Source of the DNA: Candidatus Krumholzibacteriota bacterium
GTDB lineage: Bacteria; Krumholzibacteriota; Krumholzibacteriia; JAJRXK01
Direction of reading: 5' to 3'
NCBI GenBank assembly: GCA_963764625.1
Contig: CAVXTH010000009.1
Location: forward strand, 192,001 to 256,000
Length of the DNA: 64,000 nucleotides
The position numbers and the translations under genes were made by a program. Below are positions 50,558 to 59,922 of this stretch, piece after piece. Position 1 is the stretch's first letter. Each line of letters starts with the position of its first letter. The notes beneath the pieces were generated by a model. The model made no database searches. It was given only the letters and a program-made list of their open reading frames with translations, and was not told the origin of the DNA.

Positions 50558-51355
50558 ATGAAAGTTGTCTTGTTTTGTGGTGGATTGGGATTGCGTCTTC
50601 GCGATTACTCCGAAGACTTGCCCAAGCCGATGGTGAGAGTAGGGAAGCACCCGATTCTGTGGCAGGTGATGCGCTATTATGCCCACTTTGGCCACAAAGA
50701 TTTTATCTTGTGTCTGGGCTACAAAGGGGAAGTCATCAAGGACTATTTCCTGAACTACGAGGAGTGCATGTCCAACGACTTCATCCTCTCCGACGGTGGC
50801 CGGCGCATCGAGCTCTTCAATCAGGATGTCGAGGACTGGACCATCACCTTCGTCGATACGGGTATCGAAGCCAGCATCGGGGAGCGACTGAAGGCGGTGC
50901 AGCCGCACTTGAAGGGCGAGGATGTCTTCCTGGCCAACTACACCGATGGCCTGACCGACCTCGATCTGAACCAGTATCTGGATTTCGCCACGGAACAGGA
51001 CAAGATCGCAACGTTCTTGTCGGTGCGACCCACCGCCAGCTTCCACGTGGTCGAATCCGATCCCGACGGAAGCGTCACCAGGATTTCGCCAGTCGATGAG
51101 GCGACACGAATCAATTGTGGCTATTTCGTGTTGAAGCAGCAGATTTTCGACGAAATGCGCGAGGGAGACGACCTGGTCACGGCGCCGTTCCAGCGCCTCA
51201 TCGCGAAGCAGCAACTGGCGACCTTCAACCACGAGGGATTCTGGGAGTGCATGGATACTTTCAAGGATCGCCAGATGCTGGAGACCATGGTGCGCGCGGG
51301 AGACAAGCCCTGGCAGGTGTGGGCCAAGAACCGCACTCCTTCTGGCCCGCGTTGA
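50558..51355 (+). CDS. rfbF: Glucose-1-phosphate cytidylyltransferase-like
   Basis: CGGLGLRL, PKPMV, CLGYKG, VDTG, GFWECMDT. Confidence 0.88.
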   Translation: MKVVLFCGGLGLRLRDYSEDLPKPMVRVGKHPILWQVMRYYAHFGHKDFILCLGYKGEVIKDYFLNYEECMSNDFILSDGGRRIELFNQDVEDWTITFVDTGIEASIGERLKAVQPHLKGEDVFLANYTDGLTDLDLNQYLDFATEQDKIATFLSVRPTASFHVVESDPDGSVTRISPVDEATRINCGYFVLKQQIFDEMREGDDLVTAPFQRLIAKQQLATFNHEGFWECMDTFKDRQMLETMVRAGDKPWQVWAKNRTPSGPR

Positions 51356-51368
51356 AACGAGGTGGCGG

Positions 51369-52022
51369 ATGATGAATCTCGGCTTGGGCAAAGGAGCGCT
51401 GAAGGTCCTGTGTCTGGGGGCGCACCCCGACGACATCGAAATCGGTTGCGGGGGCACACTTCTGGAAATGCTCGGACAGGGGCGAGAAATTCATCTCCGC
51501 TGGGTCGTGTTCGCCGCCGGGGGCGCCCGTCGCGCCGAGGCGCGTGCGGGCGCGGAGACCTTTGGAAAGAAAGCCTCCTCGCTGCAGACCGTTTTTCACG
51601 AATTCGAGGACGGCTTCCTTCCCTACGAGGGCGAAGCGGTGAAGCGAAGGTTCGAGGAGCTGAAGAACGGCGCCAATCCGGATCTCATCCTCACCCATTG
51701 GAGCGGTGATCTGCACCAGGATCATCGCCTGGTGAACGAACTCTGCCTCAACACCTTCCGCGACCACCTCATCCTCGAGTTCGAGATTCCCAAGTACGAC
51801 GGCGACCTGGGGAGACCCAACTTCTACCTACCGCTCAGCCGTGCCAGCATGCAGGCCAAAGTCGATGGGCTAAAGAGCTGCTTTCCTTCTCAGAGCAAGA
51901 AGGATTGGTTCGATGAGGAGCTCTTTCGCGGGCTGGCGAGAATTCGCGGAATGGAATGCCGCGCCAAGGATGGTTACGCGGAAGCCTTCTATCTGCGCAA
52001 AGCCCGGCTCTCTTTCTCCTAG
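51369..52022 (+). CDS. PIG-L family de-N-acetylase
   Basis: AHPDDIEIGCGG, HQDH. Confidence 0.88.
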   Translation: MMNLGLGKGALKVLCLGAHPDDIEIGCGGTLLEMLGQGREIHLRWVVFAAGGARRAEARAGAETFGKKASSLQTVFHEFEDGFLPYEGEAVKRRFEELKNGANPDLILTHWSGDLHQDHRLVNELCLNTFRDHLILEFEIPKYDGDLGRPNFYLPLSRASMQAKVDGLKSCFPSQSKKDWFDEELFRGLARIRGMECRAKDGYAEAFYLRKARLSFS

Positions 52023-52052
52023 AAAGAAGGCGGATCTCCCGGACGCATGGGG

Positions 52053-54029
52053 CTAGGCCGTTTCGTTGCGCGAACGATGCTCCTCGATGAGGTGCTTCAC
52101 CACATCCGGATCGGCCAGAGTGGAGATGTCCCCCAATCCGTCATACTGCGAGGATGCGATCTTCCGCAGCAGGCGCCGCATGATCTTACCGCTTCGTGTC
52201 TTGGGTAAACCGCTCGCGATGTGAATCACGTCGGGCGCCGCGAAGCCTCCGATCGCATGACGAACTTGTTCACGAAGCGCGCCGCTGATGTCATCCACCC
52301 CCACCTTGCTCTCACCGGCGGACAGCACCACGTAGGCGTAGATCCCGGTGCCCTTGATCTCATGCGGGACTCCCACCACCGCCGCTTCCGCGACCAGATC
52401 GTGCGCAATCAAGGCGCTTTCGATTTCAGCGGTTCCGAGACGGTGACCCGAGACGTTGAGTACGTCGTCGATCCTTCCCGTGATCCAATAGTCACCGTCT
52501 TCGTCACGCGTGCATCCATCGCCGGTGAAGTAGTAGCCAGGGTACTGTGTGAAATAGGTTTGCTTGAAGCGCTGGTGATCGCCCCACACGGTACGGGCTT
52601 GCCCCGGCCAGGGAGTCGCCAGGCATAGCGCTCCTTTGACCCCGTCGCCCTCCAGAACGGTGCCCTTCTCCGGATCGAGAATGATGGGCTTGATGCCGAA
52701 AAACGGCAGCATGGCGGCGCCGGGCTTGGTGGGGGTGACCCCGGGCAGCGGCGTGATGAGGATCCCCCCCGTCTCGGTTTGCCACCAGGTATCCACTACC
52801 GCACAGCAACCTCTCCCCACCACGTCGTGATACCACTTCCAGATCTCGGGATTGATGGGTTCGCCCACCGTGCCCAGGATGCGCAAGCTCTTCAGCTCGT
52901 ACTTCTTGACCCACTCGTCTCCAGCTCTTGCGATGGCGCGAAGCGCGGTGGGCGCGGTATAGAAGATCGTGATCCCCAGGTCCTGGACCATGCGCCAGTA
53001 ACGCCCGGGATCGGGATGGTTGGGAGTCGATTCGAACAGCACCGTGGTGGCGCCGTTGGCCAAAGGACCGTAGAGGATGTACGAGTGTCCGGTGATCCAA
53101 CCGATGTCGGCAGCGCAGCAATAGACGTCTTCCGGATGATAGTCGAACACGTATTTGTGCGTAACCGCCGCGTAGACCATGTACCCGCCAGTCGTGTGGA
53201 GCACGCCCTTGGGCTGACCGGTGCTGCCCGAAGTGTAGAGAATGAAGAGCGGGTCCTCCGCGCCCATCCACTCCACGGTACAGGTGGCACGTTGCTTATG
53301 GGACTCCTCGTCGAGCCAGAGATCGCGGCCCACCGTCATGGGGGTCTGTGACTCGGTTCGTCTGGCGACCAGAACCGTCTTCACGAAGTCCATCCCTTCG
53401 ACGGCCCGGTCGCAGATCTGTTTCAAGGGGATGCGTTTGCCTCCGCGCAGGCCCTCGTTGGCGGTGATGACTATCTGAGCCCTCGCGTCCACGATGCGAT
53501 CGCGCAGTGCTTCGGCGCTGAAGCCTCCGAAAACCACTGAATGCACTGCGCCGATGCGCGCACATGCCAGCATTGAGAAGGCCAGCTCCGGAATCATCGG
53601 CATGTACATGCAGACGCGATCGCCCTTCTTCACCCCGTGGGCCTTCAACACGTTTGCGATACGACACACCTCGTGCTTCAACTCGCGGTAGGTGATGTGT
53701 CGATAGGTGCCCGCCTCGTCGCTGGCCCAGATGAGAGCGGTCTTGTCGCCCTTCTCGGCCAAATGCCGGTCGACGCAATTGTAGCAGGCATTCAGACGGC
53801 CGCCGGAGAACCAGGCGAAATCGACCTCGTCGTAATCGGCGTCGAACACGGTGTTCCAGGGGTGAAACCACTCGAGCGTCTTGGCCTGTTCGGACCAGAA
53901 CCACTGCGGGTTGTCCAACGAAAGTCGATAGAGTCGTTCGTACTCTTCCATGCTCTGGATGTGGGCAGATTTCCGAATGTGATCTTTTACGGGGTAGATC
54001 TCTGGCACCTCGACCTCCTGAACTCGCAT
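52053..54029 (-). CDS. acs: Acetyl-CoA synthetase
   Basis: YTSGSTGQPKG, DTWWQTETG, GRIDD, PKTRSGKIMRR. Confidence 0.97.
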   Translation of the reverse strand: MRVQEVEVPEIYPVKDHIRKSAHIQSMEEYERLYRLSLDNPQWFWSEQAKTLEWFHPWNTVFDADYDEVDFAWFSGGRLNACYNCVDRHLAEKGDKTALIWASDEAGTYRHITYRELKHEVCRIANVLKAHGVKKGDRVCMYMPMIPELAFSMLACARIGAVHSVVFGGFSAEALRDRIVDARAQIVITANEGLRGGKRIPLKQICDRAVEGMDFVKTVLVARRTESQTPMTVGRDLWLDEESHKQRATCTVEWMGAEDPLFILYTSGSTGQPKGVLHTTGGYMVYAAVTHKYVFDYHPEDVYCCAADIGWITGHSYILYGPLANGATTVLFESTPNHPDPGRYWRMVQDLGITIFYTAPTALRAIARAGDEWVKKYELKSLRILGTVGEPINPEIWKWYHDVVGRGCCAVVDTWWQTETGGILITPLPGVTPTKPGAAMLPFFGIKPIILDPEKGTVLEGDGVKGALCLATPWPGQARTVWGDHQRFKQTYFTQYPGYYFTGDGCTRDEDGDYWITGRIDDVLNVSGHRLGTAEIESALIAHDLVAEAAVVGVPHEIKGTGIYAYVVLSAGESKVGVDDISGALREQVRHAIGGFAAPDVIHIASGLPKTRSGKIMRRLLRKIASSQYDGLGDISTLADPDVVKHLIEEHRSRNETA

Positions 54030-54215
54030 GGATCCGTGGGGAACGGGCCGCCAAGCGCGACCACTTCATTTTAGCGGAAGTTCTCTCTTCCATGTAGTGA
54101 AGATCTCTGCTCCTTGACGGGGCGGTCGCTCATGACCGAGACTGGCGCCATGTCAGTTCCACCTGCCCAATTCGAAGCCCAACCGCGGAATCGCCGCGCG
54201 ATCGGACGCACGAGC

Positions 54216-55259
54216 ATGGCGAACCATCGGCGAGGTCATCGTCGAAAGGAGCCCTGGTGGGCGGATTGCACCGATCGCGAACTGCTCGAGCTGCGACTCT
54301 GCGATCTCGATCTCAAGGTGGAGGAGAGCCCGATCCAGGAGCGGCTGGAGAGGCTCTACGAAGAGCTGGAGGAAAAGCGGATTCGTCTTCGTCCGCACGT
54401 TTGGTTCTCGCACGAGTGGTTCAGTCCGGACGGGATTCCCGGGTTCGGGATTCCCTTCTATCTCGCCCACGACCGTCTGAAGCGGCTCGAGCAGAAGATG
54501 ATGCTGGAGGTGGAAGGGGGGACCGCCAGCGATTGCCTGAAGCTCATGCGCCACGAGACGGGCCACTGTATCTGCACCGCCTACCGCCTCCACTATTCTC
54601 GCCGTTGGCGCAAGACCTTCGGCGCCATGGGGACGCCGTACCCGCAGAGCTATCTCCCCCGTGCGCAGTCCAAGCGCTACGTCTTGCATCTGGACTGGTG
54701 GTATGCGCAAGCTCATCCGGCGGAGGATTTCGCGGAGACCTTCGCGGTGTGGCTGAAGCCCAATTCGCGCTGGAGACAGGCGTACCGGGGTTGGCCGGCT
54801 CTGCTCAAGCTGCGCTACGTGCACGACGCGATGGCAAAGATCGCCAACCAGCCCACCATAGTTCGCTCGAAGCGACACGTCGAACCCCTCAAGTTGCTGC
54901 GGTACACCCTCAGGGAGTACTACGAAGCGAAGAGGGAGACCTACGGCAGCCAAAGTCCCGACGTCTACCTGCGCGACCTGAGACGTCTGTTCTCCGACGA
55001 ACCGCGTCATGCACGCCGTATGTCCGCCGCCGTCTTCCTGCGGCGGCATCGCCGACGGATTCGCGAACAGGTCTCGCGCTGGACGGGGGAATATCAATAC
55101 ACGGTCGACCTTGTTCTGCGGGACATGATCGAGAGTTGCAAAGCCCAGAAACTGCGCCTTCGAGAGTCGGAAACACGCACCCTCAGCGACGCGACCACTT
55201 TGGTTACGGTGCAGACCATGAACTTTCTCCACCGTGTGCCCCACAGGATCCTGGTATGA
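54216..55259 (+). CDS. Putative zinc-binding metallopeptidase (zincin)
   Basis: RHETGH (HExxH), YAQAHPAEDFAETFAVW. Confidence 0.85.
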   Translation: MANHRRGHRRKEPWWADCTDRELLELRLCDLDLKVEESPIQERLERLYEELEEKRIRLRPHVWFSHEWFSPDGIPGFGIPFYLAHDRLKRLEQKMMLEVEGGTASDCLKLMRHETGHCICTAYRLHYSRRWRKTFGAMGTPYPQSYLPRAQSKRYVLHLDWWYAQAHPAEDFAETFAVWLKPNSRWRQAYRGWPALLKLRYVHDAMAKIANQPTIVRSKRHVEPLKLLRYTLREYYEAKRETYGSQSPDVYLRDLRRLFSDEPRHARRMSAAVFLRRHRRRIREQVSRWTGEYQYTVDLVLRDMIESCKAQKLRLRESETRTLSDATTLVTVQTMNFLHRVPHRILV

Positions 55260-56284
55260 AACGCCTTCGGATCGTCGTTCTGTGCCATGAGGATCTCGTG
55301 CCTCCGGAGACTCTGCCCCCGGACGACAGCGATGCCATGGAACCGTGGCGAACCGAGTACGACGTCGTATCCACCCTCCGGGCCCTTGGTCACGAGGTGG
55401 CGGTGGTCGGCGTCAGCGACGATCTGGGAGTGATTCGCGAAGCCATCGATGAACATCGCCCGCACATCGCCTTCAACCTCACCGAAGAATTCCACGGAGA
55501 GGCGGTGTACGATCAGCACGTCGTGAGCTATCTCGAGCTGCGGAGGATGCCCTACACGGGTTGTAATCCTCGGGGGCTCATGCTGGCCCACGACAAGGGG
55601 CTCTGCCGAAAGATTTTGGCCTACCATCGGGTTCCGGGTCCGCGCTTTGTCGTGTTTCCCATGAATCGGAAAATTCGTCCGCCGAAAAAAATGAGCTATC
55701 CGCTCTTCGTGAAATCACAGGTGGAAGACGCCTCCCTCGGCATCGCCCAGGCTTCGGTGGTGGAGGATGAGTCGAAGCTCAGAGAACGCGTACAGTTCAT
55801 CCACGAGAGCGTGGGGACGGATGCGATCGTGGAAGAATACATCGAGGGACGCGAGCTCTATTTAGGTCTGGTCGGAAACCGGCGTCTGCAGACCTTTCCC
55901 CTGTGGGAAATGGTGTTCAAGAACGTACCGAGCGGCACTCACCGCATCGCGACCTCAAAGGCCAAATGGGACGTCGTATACCAGAAGAAGATGGGAATCG
56001 CGATCGAGGCAGCTCGTAACATTTCTCCCGAGCTCGCGGACCGCATATCCCGTCTCGCCAAGAGAGTGTATCGCATTCTGGGACTCTCCGGTTACGCCAG
56101 ACTCGATTTGCGACTAGACGATCAGAACGGAATCCACCTGATCGAGGTGAACCCCAACCCCGATCTCGCGTATGACGATCTGCTGGCGGAATCGGCCCTG
56201 CGGGGGGGGATCAAATACGACGCTCTCTTGACCCGCATCCTGAACCTGGGGCTCCAACACCGCGCGCAGTGGAGCCGGCGCTGA
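55256..56284 (+). CDS. D-Ala-D-Ala ligase-like ATP-grasp protein
   Basis: FNLTEE, PYTG, YPLFVK, EEYIEGRE, YARLDLR, IEVNPNP; ATGA overlap with peptidase. Confidence 0.87.
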   Translation: MKRLRIVVLCHEDLVPPETLPPDDSDAMEPWRTEYDVVSTLRALGHEVAVVGVSDDLGVIREAIDEHRPHIAFNLTEEFHGEAVYDQHVVSYLELRRMPYTGCNPRGLMLAHDKGLCRKILAYHRVPGPRFVVFPMNRKIRPPKKMSYPLFVKSQVEDASLGIAQASVVEDESKLRERVQFIHESVGTDAIVEEYIEGRELYLGLVGNRRLQTFPLWEMVFKNVPSGTHRIATSKAKWDVVYQKKMGIAIEAARNISPELADRISRLAKRVYRILGLSGYARLDLRLDDQNGIHLIEVNPNPDLAYDDLLAESALRGGIKYDALLTRILNLGLQHRAQWSRR

Positions 56285-56328
56285 GTTCGCGGCCGACTCA
56301 CAGCTCGCCCTGTGCGCATTTTGAGGGT

Positions 56329-57078
56329 TCAAGGGGTAATCTTCTTCTCCTGGGCGATCTCGTCCAGGGCGCGGCGTATCCGTCGGCCAAGAAGCCCGAT
56401 GAGCGCGAGGGCGCTGACCGATCCCAGGATGATGAAGATCGATTCGCTTCGGGCCAGGGAGCCCGCGTCGGGAGTGGAGTGTCCGAGGCGATAGATCGCG
56501 TGGCCGATCGAGGCGTGAAGCAGCGCTTTGGGAACCAGAATCAGCCAGGTGATCATGTAGCGGGTAAAGCTTACGCGAGCGGCACCCAGGACGTAGTTGA
56601 CCACGGCAAAGTTGGTGGGAGAGAGACGCAGGAGGGCCAGGATCTTCCAGTCCTTGAGACCGGCCAGACGATAGAAGCGGCGCAGGCGCGGGCGAGCCTC
56701 GATGAATCGTGACACCCTTTCCGCGAAGAGCCAGCGGGACCCGATGAACATCTCCATCGCAGCCAGCGCGCTCGCGAGGATGAGGATCTGAAATCCCTTG
56801 GTTACCCCGAAGATCGCGCCACAGCTCAGGTCGAGGATCGAGAGCGGAAAGAAACTGGGGGCCAGGATCAGATAGAGCAGGATGAACGCAAGCGGCGCCC
56901 AGGGTCCCATGCTCTCGATGAGCGGTCGCAGGCGCGCGAAATTGTGGGCGAGAACAAGGCCCAACCCGCCCAAGACTCCCAGGGCGATCAGGATCCCCCA
57001 CAAGCGGGGGGACTTGAAACTCCACTGCTTCGATGGGGCCACGGAATCGTCGTGCTTGTGGGCGGGTTGTACCGGCAT
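56329..57078 (-). CDS. TVP38/TMEM64 (VTT/DedA superfamily) membrane protein
   Basis: GAIFG...G, LLRLSP...NYVLG signature; hydrophobic helices. Confidence 0.85.
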   Translation of the reverse strand: MPVQPAHKHDDSVAPSKQWSFKSPRLWGILIALGVLGGLGLVLAHNFARLRPLIESMGPWAPLAFILLYLILAPSFFPLSILDLSCGAIFGVTKGFQILILASALAAMEMFIGSRWLFAERVSRFIEARPRLRRFYRLAGLKDWKILALLRLSPTNFAVVNYVLGAARVSFTRYMITWLILVPKALLHASIGHAIYRLGHSTPDAGSLARSESIFIILGSVSALALIGLLGRRIRRALDEIAQEKKITP

Positions 57079-57206
57079 GCGTTCGCTTCCCCGATGGATC
57101 GCCAGGTTTGGCTGAAATCCCAGGGGATTGTACTGATTTCTGCCAGCGCGGCCATGGTCTATACTTTTGCTCCGAGTGGAGGATCCCGCTCGACTGGAGT
57201 GATACC

Positions 57207-59915
57207 GTGCTAGATCTTCCCGTGCCCACCGTCGCTTCACGCGACTCCGCCCCCTGGCTGGCTCTCCTGGTAGCCGTGCTCGCTCTCTCGGCCTACCTGA
57301 GGACCCTGTGTCCAACCATCTTCGCGGGCGACTCGGGAGAACTGGCGGCGGCGGCGGTGACGCTGGGGATCGCGCATCCTCCCGGCTATCCACTGTGGGT
57401 TCTGCTGGCGCATGGACTGACGTTTTTGAGCCCGCACGAACCCGCGTTGGCTCTCAACGTCTTCTCGGCGGTTTGCGGCGCGATCGCCGCCGCGATGCTC
57501 ACGAGCTTGCTGCTGCGCATCCGCGTCTCGCCCCTCGCGGCGGTCGCGGGCGGCCTGGGTTACGCGTTCGCGATCGGTCCCTGGAGCCAGTCGGTCATCA
57601 CCGAAGTCTACGCGTTGAACATGGCCCTGACCGCTCTTTCGCTCTGGGCCGCCGTGGCTGGCTTGCAGGGAAAGCGATGGGGCTATCCTCTCGCGGCCCT
57701 GCTCTTGGGTCTGGGGATGGGCAATCACCCCCTCGTCGCGCTCGCCGGCTTGCCGCTGCTGGCGTGGTGGGCCCATACCCGTCACGAGAGGCCACGCGAC
57801 GCGCCTCTGTTGGTCCCGCTGCTGCTCTTCTTCCTGGGCCTCAGCGTCTATCTCTACCTTCCCCTTCGTCAGAGCCAAAACCCCACGATCGAATGGGGTG
57901 GCATGAAAGACCTGGGCGACGTCCTGCGCCATGTTCTGCGATCCCAATACACCGGACCCTCCGCGGCGGCGGGGGTCGGCTCGCTGGGGACGCGACTGCG
58001 GGTCTTTTTCCAGCTCTTCGCGGAGGATGTACCGCCTCTGGTCTGGGTATTTGCCGTGGCCAGCGCTCTCGCCCTGCGCCACGCCGCGCGCAGAGTTGTG
58101 ACCCTGGGCTCATGGAGTCTGTGGCTGCTCAGTGGGCCAGTGTTGGCGGCGAGCATCGGCTTCGCGGACACCTTTCGCGATCGCACGGTGGTGCGAGTCT
58201 ACTTTCTAACCGCGGTCTTCTCCGCCTACCTCCTAGCGGGAATCGGCTTCAGCGAGATCCTCGCCATCGTGCTGTCGAAACTCCCCACTCGAGCGCGCCT
58301 TTTGAAGTCCGTGGCCGCGGCGCTCCTCGCGGCGGTGGTCCTCTGGCAAGGTTGGTCGAATTTCCCCGTTTGCAATCGCCGCCACTCGACTCTGGCGCGC
58401 GACTACGCGGACGCGGTGCTTCTGGCCCTTCCTGAGGGAGCGCGCCTCTTCGCGAACGGAGGCGACGCGGAGGTCTTTTCGCTGATCTACGAGCACGTGG
58501 CGAAGGGAGTCCGTCCCGACCTGACCCTGTACGATACGTTTCTGAATCTGACGGTGGAGAACTACGGTCAGGACTTCCTCACCCTGAACCGCTCGCAGCG
58601 CAAGGCCGAGCGTATCAATCGAGAAATCCAGTTCGCCCTCGACGAACCGAAGCGAACGATCTTCTACACCGAACGCACGCCCACCAAGGGCTTCGCCGGC
58701 TGCACCCTGGTGCCCAACCAGATGATCTTCCAGTTGCTGCGGCCGGGGGAGAAGCCGGCGGAGATTTCGGCCGAGGTCGAGCCCATGCCGCCGGTCGATT
58801 CCGGAGATTGCATCGAGAGCGTGCTCGCTGCGTCCATCCAGTACCAGAGCGGTCTCTCGGCCGAGGCTCGCGGCGCGAGGAACCGGGCCAAGGAGTACTT
58901 CGAACGGGCGCTGACCTACGGGAAGAACGCGACGGGGATCCAGGTGGTAGTGGGAGAAGCGTTCGCTCGAAACGGAGACGAGAAGAGCGCCTGGGAGTGC
59001 TACCGCCGGGCCCTGGCCATCGACCCGCGCGATCCCGCGGCCCTCTACGCGGTGGCCGTGCTCCAGATGGCTAACGGTCATGAGGCGGATGCTTTGCGCA
59101 CTCTGAAGGAGATGGATCGGCTCGCGGTAAGGGCACCAGAGGTCTACATGCAGTACGGAACTCTGTTGGCCCTGAAAGGAGAGTTCGAGCCAGCGATCCG
59201 CGCCGCGACACGCGCGCTTTCGCTCGATCCCTCGCTCGAATCCGCGAAGACCCTCCTGGGTCTGGCACGCGAAGGCGAGGGCCTGGGAGGTCAAAAAGGG
59301 GTCGATGCGATCCGCGAGCGAGTCCAGAGGCTCCGGGTGGATTCGACTCTGCACGCGGCGCGTCTACAGCTGGAACGAGGAGAGTATCAACGGGCACGCG
59401 ATCTCTTCGAGACCGCTCTGAGAGCCGCGCCCAGCGACAGCCATGTCCTCTACGGACTCGGATACGCACTGCTGGAGGACCAGAGATTCGAGGAGGCGGC
59501 CCAAGCCTTTCGACGCATGCTCGAACTCGATCCCGAGTCGGTGAGCGGGATCAATGCCCTCGCCTACACCGACGCGATCATGGGAAAGAATCTCGAGCGT
59601 GCGAGGCAAAGCGTCCTCTCGGTACTGACGAACTCGAAGGACCTGCATCCCTATCTTCTGGATACTCTGGGCTGGATTCTTCAGCGCGAGGGGAAGCCCC
59701 ACGAAGCGCTTCCCTACCTGAAGGACGCGGAGGAGAAGCTGCCCCAGACCGATCGCTCGATGCGAGCGGAAAATCGGTTTCACCTCGCGGCCGTGCTGGA
59801 AGATCTGGGCCAGGACGCAGCGTCGCGGTCCTACGCCGCCCAGGCGCTCGTGGAATCATCCGATCAGTTCTGGGTGCCCGAGTTGAAGGCGCTGCAGAAG
59901 CGGCTGGGGAGCTGA
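57207..59915 (+). CDS. DUF2723/TMEM260-like GT-C membrane protein with C-terminal TPRs (start uncertain)
   Basis: GDSGEL, LGIAHPPGYPL, TEVYAL, GNH, YLYLPLR, multiple TPRs (e.g. LDTLGWIL). Confidence 0.85.
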   Translation: MLDLPVPTVASRDSAPWLALLVAVLALSAYLRTLCPTIFAGDSGELAAAAVTLGIAHPPGYPLWVLLAHGLTFLSPHEPALALNVFSAVCGAIAAAMLTSLLLRIRVSPLAAVAGGLGYAFAIGPWSQSVITEVYALNMALTALSLWAAVAGLQGKRWGYPLAALLLGLGMGNHPLVALAGLPLLAWWAHTRHERPRDAPLLVPLLLFFLGLSVYLYLPLRQSQNPTIEWGGMKDLGDVLRHVLRSQYTGPSAAAGVGSLGTRLRVFFQLFAEDVPPLVWVFAVASALALRHAARRVVTLGSWSLWLLSGPVLAASIGFADTFRDRTVVRVYFLTAVFSAYLLAGIGFSEILAIVLSKLPTRARLLKSVAAALLAAVVLWQGWSNFPVCNRRHSTLARDYADAVLLALPEGARLFANGGDAEVFSLIYEHVAKGVRPDLTLYDTFLNLTVENYGQDFLTLNRSQRKAERINREIQFALDEPKRTIFYTERTPTKGFAGCTLVPNQMIFQLLRPGEKPAEISAEVEPMPPVDSGDCIESVLAASIQYQSGLSAEARGARNRAKEYFERALTYGKNATGIQVVVGEAFARNGDEKSAWECYRRALAIDPRDPAALYAVAVLQMANGHEADALRTLKEMDRLAVRAPEVYMQYGTLLALKGEFEPAIRAATRALSLDPSLESAKTLLGLAREGEGLGGQKGVDAIRERVQRLRVDSTLHAARLQLERGEYQRARDLFETALRAAPSDSHVLYGLGYALLEDQRFEEAAQAFRRMLELDPESVSGINALAYTDAIMGKNLERARQSVLSVLTNSKDLHPYLLDTLGWILQREGKPHEALPYLKDAEEKLPQTDRSMRAENRFHLAAVLEDLGQDAASRSYAAQALVESSDQFWVPELKALQKRLGS

Positions 59916-59922
59916 CCCACTA

